Shown in pieces: positions 11,032 to 19,511 of a stretch of DNA of 64,000 nt (position 1 is its first letter; every line of letters starts with the position of its first letter). Source of the stretch: an uncultured Burkholderiales bacterium (lineage in GTDB: Bacteria; Pseudomonadota; Gammaproteobacteria; Burkholderiales; JALYOK01); assembly GCA_964488915.1 (NCBI GenBank), contig CAZAWU010000002.1:2572-66571 (forward strand), given 5' to 3'. Under the pieces are notes generated by a model, which had not been told where the DNA came from, searched no databases, and saw nothing but the letters and a program-made list of their open reading frames with translations. The position numbers and the translations under genes were made by a program.

Positions 11032-11808
11032 TTAGCGATGCTTGAACCCCGGCTTGCGCTTTTCTGCAAACGCCGTCATCCCCTCCTTCTGGTCCTCGGT
11101 ACTGAAGGTCGAATGGAACAAACGCCGCTCGAAGCGCACGCCTTCGGCGAGCGGTGTTTCGAACGCACGGTTCACTGATTCTTTCGCCATCATTACGATC
11201 GGCAATGACAGATCAGCGATTTTCTGCGCGGTCTTGATCGCCTCGGCCACCAGATCCGCTGCGGGCACGATGCGGCTAACCAAGCCGCAACGCTCGGCTT
11301 CTTGCGCGTCCATCATGCGGCCGGTAAGCGCCATCTCCATCGCCTTCGACTTACCGACGAAGCGCGGTAGACGCTGCGTGCCGCCTGCACCCGGAATAGT
11401 GCCGATGGTGATCTCAGGCTGGCCGAACTTCGCCGTCTCCGCCGCGAGAATGAAATCGCACATCATCGCCATTTCGCAGCCGCCACCGAGCGCATAGCCC
11501 GCCACGGCCGCGATCACCGGCTTGCGGCAGCTTGCGAGGCGCTCCCAATCGGCGGTGATGAAGTCCGCTTTGTAGACATCCATGTAGTTCCACTCTTTCA
11601 TTACCTTGATGTCCGCGCCTGCGGCGAAAGCTTTCTCGTTGCCGGTGATGACGAGACAGCGGATGTGGTCGTCCGCCTCGAATGCCGCCACTGCCTTGCC
11701 CAGCTCTTTCACCAGTGCGGGCGAGAGCGCGTTCAGCGCTTGCGGTCGGTTCAAGCGAATCAAGCCGACGTTGCCGTGGGTTTCGACGAGGATGTTTTCG
11801 TAGGTCAT
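11032..11808 (-). CDS. enoyl-CoA hydratase (crotonase)
   Basis: 258 aa. [13 protein letters not shown] and [10 protein letters not shown] oxyanion-hole motifs. Typical short-chain crotonase length. Confidence 0.9.
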   Translation of the reverse strand: MTYENILVETHGNVGLIRLNRPQALNALSPALVKELGKAVAAFEADDHIRCLVITGNEKAFAAGADIKVMKEWNYMDVYKADFITADWERLASCRKPVIAAVAGYALGGGCEMAMMCDFILAAETAKFGQPEITIGTIPGAGGTQRLPRFVGKSKAMEMALTGRMMDAQEAERCGLVSRIVPAADLVAEAIKTAQKIADLSLPIVMMAKESVNRAFETPLAEGVRFERRLFHSTFSTEDQKEGMTAFAEKRKPGFKHR

Positions 11809-12142
11809 GACGGCCCCGTATCGCGGTGAGAAAGTGCCGATTCTAACTCCCGCATGCTGCAGTCAGTCGCCCCCCGCTTGCTTCAGATCTGACCGAAGAC
11901 CGTGCGAGCGCACCAATCCAATGGCGCATAACCGCCGCCTTCGCAGCTTCGGAGCCCGGTGCGAGTAGGCTCGTTTGATCTTATACTATTAAGAGCATAT
12001 CCACATGTATGGCTCTCTATATAATTCATGTAGCTTATCTATGGGATGTATACCTACTACCGATGCATCAAGCTAGCCCCAGCCCAACCCGCAGCATCTG
12101 CGTACAATCGCAGATTGAGGTAACCCACTCGGAGCAGAGGTA

Positions 12143-12898
12143 ATGACATTCGATTTCAATGGCACGCGCGTAGTGGTCTGCGGCGGCAGCCGCGGCATCG
12201 GCCGCTCGATCGCGCTCGGCTTTGCGCAAGCGGGCGCAGTGGTCTCTGTGTGTGCGCGCAACGCCGATGCGCTCGCCTCGGTGCGCGCGGAATTGGAACG
12301 ATGTGGCGGGTTGGTGCACGCTGGCGTTTGCGATCTCGCGAAAGCGGATGACATCGCTAAGTACATTCCCCAAGCAGCCGCCGCGCTGGGCGGCATCGAC
12401 GTGCTCGTCAACAACGCCTCGGGTTTCGGTTTGGGTAACGACGAGAACGCGTGGCGAGCAGGCCTCGACGTAGATGTGATGGCGACGGTGCGCGCATCCG
12501 CCGTGGCGGAACCGTACTTGCTGCAGTCGAAACGCGCGGTGATTGTGAACGTCTCTTCGATCTCCGGCTATCGCGCCTCGTCCCGCACGCCGGCCTATGC
12601 CGCGGTTAAGGCGGCGATCATCAACTACACCAGTTCGCAAGCGGCGCTGCTGGCGCGCAAGGGCGTGCGCGTGAATGCGGTGGCGCCGGGTTCAATCGAG
12701 TTTCCGGGTGGATTGTGGGCACAGCGCAAGACCAACGCGCCAGAGCTTTACAACAACACGCTAAAAACTATTCCATTCGGCCGCATGGGCGCGCCGGAGG
12801 AGGTCGCCAATCTGGTGTTGTTTCTCGCTTCGCCGCTAGCAAGTTGGATTACCGGGCAGACCGTCACCGTGGACGGCGGCCAATTGCTCGGCGCGTAG
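12143..12898 (+). CDS. SDR-family oxidoreductase
   Basis: 251 aa. Cofactor motif CGGSRGIGRSIA and catalytic YAAVK (YxxxK). Confidence 0.85.
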   Translation: MTFDFNGTRVVVCGGSRGIGRSIALGFAQAGAVVSVCARNADALASVRAELERCGGLVHAGVCDLAKADDIAKYIPQAAAALGGIDVLVNNASGFGLGNDENAWRAGLDVDVMATVRASAVAEPYLLQSKRAVIVNVSSISGYRASSRTPAYAAVKAAIINYTSSQAALLARKGVRVNAVAPGSIEFPGGLWAQRKTNAPELYNNTLKTIPFGRMGAPEEVANLVLFLASPLASWITGQTVTVDGGQLLGA

Positions 12899-12900
12899 TC

Positions 12901-14799
12901 GTGAACTTTCGCATTTGGCGCCGCGCGGCGCACGCGGCTCTGGCAGTGCTTGTGCTATGCGCCTGTACGGCACGCGCTGAAAGCGTGGAAGTGCTAACCA
13001 ACAACTACGACAACGCGCGCACCGGGGCGAACCTGCGCGAGACGGTGCTGAGCGCCGCCAACGTCAGCGCCAAGACCTTCGGGCGCCTATTCAGCTACAC
13101 CGTGGACGGACCGGTGAACGCGCAGCCGCTGCTTGCACGTATCTCCGCACGGGGGCGCGAACGCGATATCGTGCTCACCGCTACCGGCAGCAATTCGGTC
13201 TACGCCTTCGATGCCCACGATGCCGGCGGTGCACCTCTGTGGACACGCCGCCTGGCGCAATTGCCAAACGGTGACATAGCAGCCCCGAGCAGTATTCTCA
13301 GCACGCCGGTGATCGATCGCGCGCAGAGCACACTCTACGTCGCCGCCGCACTGACGCTTCACAACAAGCCGAGCTTCGTACTGCACGCGCTTGATCTGCG
13401 CGATGGCAAGGACAAGCTGCCCCCGGTGGTCATCGCTGGCAGCGTCGAAGTCGACGACGAAACGATCGTATTTGAACCGTCGCCCACGCGCATCGCGGTG
13501 CAGCGCGCAGCGTTGGCGCTGGCCGCGGATAAAGTCATCATCGCCTTCGGCGGCGACTATTTCGAGGGCTGGGTGTTTGCTTATGCTAAATCCGACCTAA
13601 GCAAAGCGCCGTCGGTTTTCTGTACGACGTGTGCCAGCCGCGTAAGGGCGATTTCAAAAGTCGACTATCTCGACCAGCGCTGCATCGCGCTCGGACCCGG
13701 CGGCGGCATCTGGCAAGCAGGGCGAGGGCCGGCAGTAGATGCGGATGGCATGGTGTACTTCTTCACCGGCAACAAACAGCATGTGATCAAGGACGGCTGC
13801 ACTATCCCCTTCGCACGCAATGCCTGCGCGGTGTGCAGCACCAACGACGGCTGTGAGTGCCAGGGCAACCGCTCAGCGAACGTGTGCCGCGGGCCAGATG
13901 CATGCAATGCAAATGAGGCACAGAGCAAGCGCACGTTCGACACCAACGAAGCACTGGTCCTACTCGATGCACGCAATGGCTTGGCGCTGAAGGGCTGGTT
14001 CCGTCCAGCGAATTGGGACGCGGCGGGCGTCGATGGTTTGGAGCTGAACGATCTCGATCTCGGCGGTTCCGGTCCGCTGCTGCTGCCTGGCGACAAGCAG
14101 CTGATCGGCGGCGGTAAGCAAGGTGTCATGTACACGCTCGACACGCAGCGCGAGCAAGACTGCATCGCTTCACTGGCGCGGCCTTGCATCGCCGCAAAAC
14201 CGCTGCAGAGTTTTCAGTTGGCGCCGACGCCGGCGCGGCCGCACGAATACTTTCGCCACATGCTCGGCGGCCCGGTTCTCTGGGCGCGCGGCGCGCAAGA
14301 CGGAGGCTCGCGCGTGTTCGTATGGCGGCAGAACGATTACTTACGCAGCTACGCGCTGAACAGTGAGTTCAGCGGCTGCGACACCAAAGACCCGGCGCCG
14401 GATACGTCGCACCGCTGCGCGAGTCTCGCGCAAAGCACGGAATTTCTGGACAGCAAACACCCCGGCGGTATCTTGACGCTTTCGGCCAACGGCGCCGATG
14501 CGGCTAGCGCGATTGTGTGGGCCACGGCCAATGCCTCCAACACCGGACCAGGCAAGCTAATGGCGTTTCGCGCAGCGCCAACATCCAGCGCGCCGGACGT
14601 ACTGCAAAAGCTATGGGATAGCGACCAATGTGTCGAGGATCAAATTACCTTGGGCGCAGACTTCACACCACCCACTGTCGCCAACGGTAAAGTCTATGTC
14701 GCTACCGGCGCCAACCGCGTAGATGTGTTCGGACTGGTCGAACACAAGACGTGCACACCACCGCCACCGCAATCAACGTTGGGGCCGCTATTACAGTGA
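12901..14799 (+). CDS. secreted beta-propeller repeat protein (PQQ-like/BamB-like repeats) with a Cys-rich insert
   Basis: The track ORF starts at 12715 inside the SDR gene. GTG 12901, 2 nt after the SDR stop, gives a clean signal peptide (VNFRIWRRAAHAALAVLVLCACTARA). The N-terminal LTNNYDNARTGAN motif and repeated hydrophobic-strand/Gly pattern suggest a propeller. Exact family not established. Confidence 0.55.
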   Translation: MNFRIWRRAAHAALAVLVLCACTARAESVEVLTNNYDNARTGANLRETVLSAANVSAKTFGRLFSYTVDGPVNAQPLLARISARGRERDIVLTATGSNSVYAFDAHDAGGAPLWTRRLAQLPNGDIAAPSSILSTPVIDRAQSTLYVAAALTLHNKPSFVLHALDLRDGKDKLPPVVIAGSVEVDDETIVFEPSPTRIAVQRAALALAADKVIIAFGGDYFEGWVFAYAKSDLSKAPSVFCTTCASRVRAISKVDYLDQRCIALGPGGGIWQAGRGPAVDADGMVYFFTGNKQHVIKDGCTIPFARNACAVCSTNDGCECQGNRSANVCRGPDACNANEAQSKRTFDTNEALVLLDARNGLALKGWFRPANWDAAGVDGLELNDLDLGGSGPLLLPGDKQLIGGGKQGVMYTLDTQREQDCIASLARPCIAAKPLQSFQLAPTPARPHEYFRHMLGGPVLWARGAQDGGSRVFVWRQNDYLRSYALNSEFSGCDTKDPAPDTSHRCASLAQSTEFLDSKHPGGILTLSANGADAASAIVWATANASNTGPGKLMAFRAAPTSSAPDVLQKLWDSDQCVEDQITLGADFTPPTVANGKVYVATGANRVDVFGLVEHKTCTPPPPQSTLGPLLQ

Positions 14800-14873
14800 C
14801 GTCCTATTCATCCAGGAGTGTGGTGACCTGGGGAATAACAACGATGCACCGTTGTGCGGCCAAGCAGACACCC

Positions 14874-16661
14874 TCAAAACTGAGCGGCCTCCAACTCGAG
14901 CACCGGCGCAGCGCCGTGCATCACGCTATGTGCCAGCGCACTTGCCAGCGGCAGCGCGTTGTTGGCATAGAAGTTTGCCGTAACGATCTTCGTTTTGTAG
15001 AAATCCGCGTCGCCTTGTTTCGCCGCCAGGCGCGCGGCGGCGACTTCAGCCGAACGCGCCAGCATCCAGCCGCCGAACACGGTACCGGCCAGCTTCATGT
15101 ACGGCACTGCGCCCGCGAACACCAGCTTGGTCTGCGCCGCACCGTTCTGCATCACCCAGCGCGTGGCTTGTTCGAGCGATTTTAGGGCCGCGCCAAGCTG
15201 AGCAGTGATTGCCGCAGTTGCCTCGCTCGCGCTTAGGCGCGCAAGGTCGGACTGAATTTGTTGCAGCGCCATGGTCATGGTTTGCGCGCCGTCGCGCAGC
15301 AGTTTGCGGCCCATCAAGTCGTTCGCTTGTATGCCAGTGGTGCCTTCGTAGATCGTGGTGATGCGCGCATCGCGCAGATGTTGCGCCGCGCCGGTTTCTT
15401 CGATGAAACCCATACCGCCGTGCACTTGTACGCCCAGCGAAGCGATTTCGACCGCCAGCTCCGTACTCCAGCCTTTCACTACCGGCGTAAGCAACTCGAC
15501 CCATGCTTGCGCCTTCTTGCGCTCCACCGGATCGGGATGATGCATCGCCTGATCGAGCTTGGAACCGTCGAAACACGCAAGCGCGCGCGCCGCTTCGATG
15601 GCGCTCTTCATCGTCATCAACATACGGCGCACATCCGGGTGATGCACGATGGTGACGCGCTCTTTGTTCGAGCCGCCGATATCGGTGCCCTGCACGCGCT
15701 CACGCGCGTAAGCGCGCGCCTGCTGGTAGGCGCGATCGGCGATGCCGACGCCTTGGATGCCGACGGCGAAGCGCGCCAAGTTCATCATGATGAACATATA
15801 TTCGAGGCCGCGGTTTTCTTCGCCGACCATGTAGCCGATAGCGCCGCCCTTGTCGCCAAAGGCGAGCACTGCGGTCGGGCTGCCATGGATGCCCAGCTTG
15901 TGCTCGATGGAGACGCAGCGCACGTCATTGCGCTCTCCCAGCGAACCGTCATCGTTCACCAGGAACTTGGGCACCACGAACAGCGAAATTCCCTTCACGC
16001 CTTCCGGTGCGGTGGGCGTGCGTGCGAGCACGAGGTGGACGATGTTTTCCGCCATATCGTGCTCGCCATAGGTGATGAAAATCTTCTGACCGGTGATGCG
16101 GAAATGATTCCCTTCGGGGACCGCTTTGGAACGCACGGCAGCCAAGTCCGAACCGGCTTGCGGTTCGGTCAAATTCATAGTGCCGGTCCATTCGCCGGCA
16201 ATCATCTTGTGCAAGAACTTTTTCTTCAGCGCCGGCGAGCCGCACAATACCAGCGCTTCCGTCGCCCCGCGCGTGAGCAGCGGGCACAGCGCGAACGCCA
16301 TGTTCGAAGCGTGCCACATCTCGTCCACACAGCAGGCGAGCAATGTCGGCAAGCCTTGACCGCCGAATTCGGCCTCGGAGGCGAGGCCGTTCCACCCGGA
16401 TTCGACAAACTGTGCGTACGCTTCTTTGAACCCAGGGGCGGTGACGACGCCGTTCTCGCCCCATTTCGCACCGGTCTTGTCGCCCGCGCGGTTGAGCGGG
16501 GCCAGCACGCCGCCGGCGAACTTACCCGCTTCTTCGAGGATCTGATCGACCAAGTCTTCGCTGACTTCGGCGAAGGTGGGCATTTTGTTCACTTCTTGCA
16601 AGCCGATCACTTCCTTGATCAGGAACTGCATGTCTTTCAGCGGAGCTTGGTAGTCGCTCAT
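14874..16661 (-). CDS. large acyl-CoA dehydrogenase (about 595 aa, C-terminal-extension type)
   Basis: ACAD N-terminal, middle and C-terminal domains plus an extra C-terminal domain. Sits directly downstream of etfB-etfA on the same strand. Confidence 0.88.
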   Translation of the reverse strand: MSDYQAPLKDMQFLIKEVIGLQEVNKMPTFAEVSEDLVDQILEEAGKFAGGVLAPLNRAGDKTGAKWGENGVVTAPGFKEAYAQFVESGWNGLASEAEFGGQGLPTLLACCVDEMWHASNMAFALCPLLTRGATEALVLCGSPALKKKFLHKMIAGEWTGTMNLTEPQAGSDLAAVRSKAVPEGNHFRITGQKIFITYGEHDMAENIVHLVLARTPTAPEGVKGISLFVVPKFLVNDDGSLGERNDVRCVSIEHKLGIHGSPTAVLAFGDKGGAIGYMVGEENRGLEYMFIMMNLARFAVGIQGVGIADRAYQQARAYARERVQGTDIGGSNKERVTIVHHPDVRRMLMTMKSAIEAARALACFDGSKLDQAMHHPDPVERKKAQAWVELLTPVVKGWSTELAVEIASLGVQVHGGMGFIEETGAAQHLRDARITTIYEGTTGIQANDLMGRKLLRDGAQTMTMALQQIQSDLARLSASEATAAITAQLGAALKSLEQATRWVMQNGAAQTKLVFAGAVPYMKLAGTVFGGWMLARSAEVAAARLAAKQGDADFYKTKIVTANFYANNALPLASALAHSVMHGAAPVLELEAAQF

Positions 16662-16702
16662 GATTCCTCCAGCGATGCGGGGCTTGCGCCCGTTTGTTCC
16701 GG

Positions 16703-17638
16703 TTACTTGCTCAAGGCTGCGGTGAGTTCAGGCACGGCTTGGAACAAGTCGGCCACTAACCCATAGTCGGCCACTTGGAAAATCGGCGCCTCGGCGTCTT
16801 TGTTGATTGCGACAATCACTTTGCTGTCCTTCATGCCGGCGAGATGCTGGATCGCACCGGAAATGCCAACAGCAATGTAGAGATCCGGTGCCACGACCTT
16901 GCCGGTTTGCCCGACTTGGTAGTCGTTCGGCACGAAACCCGAATCCACCGCCGCGCGCGAAGCGCCGATCGCGGCATTAAGCTTCTCCGCGAGCGCTTCG
17001 AGAATTTTGAAGTTTTCCCCATTCTGCATGCCGCGCCCTCCAGAAACCACCACGCGCGCCGAGGCGAGTTCTGGACGATCGGACTTGGTAAGTTCTTGGC
17101 CGACGAATTCCACATTCGCATTGACCGTGCCGGACGAAACGTTCTCGACCGGCGCGCTGCCGCCGCTGGCGGGCACGGCATCGAACGCAGTCGTGCGCAC
17201 GGTTATGACCTTGATCGCATCCTTCGATTGCACCGTCGCCAGGGCATTGCCGGCGTAGATGGGGCGCACGAAGGTGTCGGGCGAGACGACTTCAGTGATG
17301 TCGGAAATTTGCGCGACATCGAGGCGCGCGGCCACGCGCGGCATGAAATTCTTGCCGGAAGTCGTCGCAGGCGCGAGCACGTGCGTGTAGTTCTTGGCGA
17401 GGGAGATTACCAGTTCGGCCAAGTTTTCCGCGAGCTGATGGGCATAAACCGGAGCGTCCGCAGCGAGCACTTTGGCGACCCCTGGGACTTGCGCGGCAGC
17501 TTGCGCAGCGGCGCCGCAGCCCTGGCCAGCTACGAGTACGTGAATGTCGCCGCCCAGTTTCTGGGCGGCGGCCACGGCGTTGCGCGTGGCCAGCTTGGTG
17601 TTGGTGTTGTCGTGCTCAGCGATGACTAGGGTGGGCAT
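16703..17638 (-). CDS. etfA: electron transfer flavoprotein alpha subunit
   Basis: 311 aa. [11 protein letters not shown] start and C-terminal FAD-binding signature [16 protein letters not shown]. Confidence 0.95.
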   Translation of the reverse strand: MPTLVIAEHDNTNTKLATRNAVAAAQKLGGDIHVLVAGQGCGAAAQAAAQVPGVAKVLAADAPVYAHQLAENLAELVISLAKNYTHVLAPATTSGKNFMPRVAARLDVAQISDITEVVSPDTFVRPIYAGNALATVQSKDAIKVITVRTTAFDAVPASGGSAPVENVSSGTVNANVEFVGQELTKSDRPELASARVVVSGGRGMQNGENFKILEALAEKLNAAIGASRAAVDSGFVPNDYQVGQTGKVVAPDLYIAVGISGAIQHLAGMKDSKVIVAINKDAEAPIFQVADYGLVADLFQAVPELTAALSK

Positions 17639-17761
17639 GAAATCGGTTGCTCCAAAATTAAGCTGACTGGATCCCGGCTTGTGCCGAGAAGATTTAGCAC
17701 GCCGGAGGAAACTTGGATGGCCGCCTCCGCGGGGATGATAATGAGCTCATGCGGCTGTGCC

Positions 17762-18514
17762 TCACGAGATGACTTTCGCTTCGCTGCGCAATCGGTTGAC
17801 CAAATCCGCGACGTCTTTGACCAGCACGCCGCCTTTGCGCTTCGGCGGCTCCTGCACTCTAAGCGTAGTCAAGCGCGGCGTCGCATCGACACCCAGCGTT
17901 GCGGGCGTCACCGTGTCGAGCGGCTTTTTCTTCGCCTTCATGATGTTCGGCAGCGTTGCGTAGCGCGGCGTATTCAAGCGCAGATCGGTGGTGATGATCG
18001 CGGGCAATTTCACTTTGATCGTTTCCAGGCCACCATCAACTTCGCGTGTGACCGTGGCCGCGTTGTCGGCGATTACAACTTTGGACGCAAACGTTGCCTG
18101 CGGCCAGCCGAGCAACGCCGCCAGCATCTGGCCCGTTTGATTGGCATCGTCGTCAATTGCCTGCTTGCCAAGTATGACCAATTGCGGAGCTTCCTTGTCA
18201 CAGAGCGCTTTCAGCAATTTGGCGACAGCAAGCGGCTGCAATTCCACGTTCGTTTCAACTAGCAGCGCGCGATCCGCGCCGAGCGCGAGCGCGGATCGCA
18301 ACGTTTCCCCACAGGCCGCGGCGCCCATGGAGACGGCAACGATTTCGCTAACCGTGCTGGCTTCCTTCAGGCGCACGGCTTCCTCGACCGCGATTTCGTC
18401 GAAGGGATTCATCGCCATCTTTACGTTGTCTGTTTCCACGCCGCTGCCGTCAGCCTTGACGCGGATTTTCACGTTGTAATCAACTAGCCGCTTGACGGCC
18501 ACGAGAACTTTCAT
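17762..18514 (-). CDS. etfB: electron transfer flavoprotein beta subunit
   Basis: Start moved to ATG 18514 ([19 protein letters not shown], the canonical EtfB N-terminus). About 250 aa. Confidence 0.95.
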   Translation of the reverse strand: MKVLVAVKRLVDYNVKIRVKADGSGVETDNVKMAMNPFDEIAVEEAVRLKEASTVSEIVAVSMGAAACGETLRSALALGADRALLVETNVELQPLAVAKLLKALCDKEAPQLVILGKQAIDDDANQTGQMLAALLGWPQATFASKVVIADNAATVTREVDGGLETIKVKLPAIITTDLRLNTPRYATLPNIMKAKKKPLDTVTPATLGVDATPRLTTLRVQEPPKRKGGVLVKDVADLVNRLRSEAKVIS

Positions 18515-18611
18515 GCGAACTCCTGGAGAGTAACGAGTACCGCCCGATTCCAACTGCGGAAAAAGAGGTTATTTTACCGGCACTTGACCTTCCCCGGGCA
18601 GCTAAGGATAT

Positions 18612-18819
18612 GGCAACATTGGAGTGTTTAACTCCCGGCCAAGGGAACGTTTCCGCCGTTGGCAACGTTGAATTGGTCAAAAGGCAACGTTTTGTTGTAA
18701 AATTCTGCAAAAGCACAGAGGGATACCGAGCGGATTTGGGCGGATTCCTATACTGCAGGCAGCGTTGCCGGACGGGAGGACCGGGCAGCGAAGCACTCTA
18801 GATAAACCGGGAACGTTGC
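18612..18819. promoter_or_regulatory. array of six GGCAACGTT-like boxes in the divergent etfB / tandem-HTH intergenic region (putative operators)
   Basis: Read directly from the sequence:
- GGCAACATT at 18612-18620
- GGGAACGTT at 18643-18651
- GGCAACGTT at 18661-18669
- GGCAACGTT at 18683-18691
- AGCGTTGCC (reverse complement GGCAACGCT) at 18761-18769
- GGGAACGTTGC at 18809-18819
Coordinates calibrated on track ORF 18610..18801. Confidence 0.5.
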
Positions 18820-18842
18820 AAAGAGAGGTTCGGAAAACAGCT

Positions 18843-19388
18843 ATGGATATGAAAAACTACAACAGCGACAATCTGCTTGATCTCGCCAAGCGCAAGTTGG
18901 GTGTCGACAGCGATTACGCGCTCGCCCTTCAGCTCGGCGTGAACCGCTCAGTGATTAGCCGCATCCGCACTGGCAATCGTCGCATCAGCGCCAAGACGAT
19001 TGTCAAGATCCAGGGCATCACGGGTTTGACCATGGAAGACATCAAGCGCGTCACTAACGACACGCGCCGAGTGTTCCGCTCGCAGCCCAAGCGCTATCGC
19101 GACCGCGCCATGTCGCCCGCGCCGAATCCCTCGAAAGCGACCAACCACATTGCTCGTTTGTTCGATTTCGTGCGCCTGAAACTGGGCCTGCGCTCGAACA
19201 AAGAACTTGCGAACATTCTCGAAACCGATGTCTCCGTGCTCAGCCACATGCGCACCGGATTCCGTCCGCTGAGCGCAAACGTGATCGTCAAGATCCAAGA
19301 GACCACCGGCCTTTCGCTCGAAGGCATCAACGGCATCCTGACCGGCAAAATGTTGCCGCCGGCCGTTCCCGCCAAGAAGCGCGCTTAA
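18843..19388 (+). CDS. DNA-binding protein with two tandem Xre/Cro-CI-type HTH domains
   Basis: Start placed at ATG 18843 (SD-like GAGAGG upstream). The protein has two homologous units of about 60 aa:
- LLDLAKRKLGVDSDYALALQLGVNRSVISRIRTGNRRISAKTIVKIQGITGLTMEDI
- LFDFVRLKLGLRSNKELANILETDVSVLSHMRTGFRPLSANVIVKIQETTGLSLEGI. Confidence 0.7.
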   Translation: MDMKNYNSDNLLDLAKRKLGVDSDYALALQLGVNRSVISRIRTGNRRISAKTIVKIQGITGLTMEDIKRVTNDTRRVFRSQPKRYRDRAMSPAPNPSKATNHIARLFDFVRLKLGLRSNKELANILETDVSVLSHMRTGFRPLSANVIVKIQETTGLSLEGINGILTGKMLPPAVPAKKRA

Positions 19389-19410
19389 TCGCCAGCGCCC
19401 CCGCCCGCTG

Positions 19411-19447
19411 AAAACGCCGAGCGCCCTGCTCGGCGTTTTTGTTTTTT
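19411..19447 (+). terminator. rho-independent terminator after the tandem-HTH gene
   Basis: AAAA, then 8-bp stem CGCCGAGC (19415-19422), loop GCCCT, stem GCTCGGCG (19428-19435), followed by TTTTTGTTTTTT. Confidence 0.85.
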
Positions 19448-19476
19448 GCAGCAAGCCACGCACGCGACGCGCTCTA

Positions 19477-19482
19477 TATAAT
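19477..19482 (+). promoter_or_regulatory. candidate -10 hexamer TATAAT upstream of the FAD oxidase gene
   Basis: Perfect TATAAT 30 nt upstream of ATG 19512. No convincing -35 element. Confidence 0.3.
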
Positions 19483-19511
19483 CGCGCACTCGCCATAGCA
19501 GCCAAGGGTTC

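Noticed and set aside
11979-11987. A shared 9-mer, TCTTATACT, in two AT-rich intergenic islands (11979-11987 and 27450-27458). Related TATACT/TATACC hexamers occur at 18749-18754, near 43376 and near 44443. I asked whether this is a common regulatory motif or a repeat.
   Set aside because: The flanks do not align beyond the 9-mer and no common -35 or partner half-site is evident. The simplest reading is ordinary -10-like hexamers in AT-rich promoter regions. A genome-wide motif count is needed before claiming more.
15258-16766. A 502-aa ORF on the + strand, antisense to the acyl-CoA dehydrogenase gene. Similar long antisense or alternative-frame ORFs include 5518..6477, 1566..2237, 17681..18262, 63014..63784 and 61050..61847.
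   Set aside because: The composition is Arg/Ala/His/Gly-rich and low-complexity, as expected for shadow frames in GC-rich DNA. No motifs are present. Each fully overlaps a gene with clear family signatures on the other strand.
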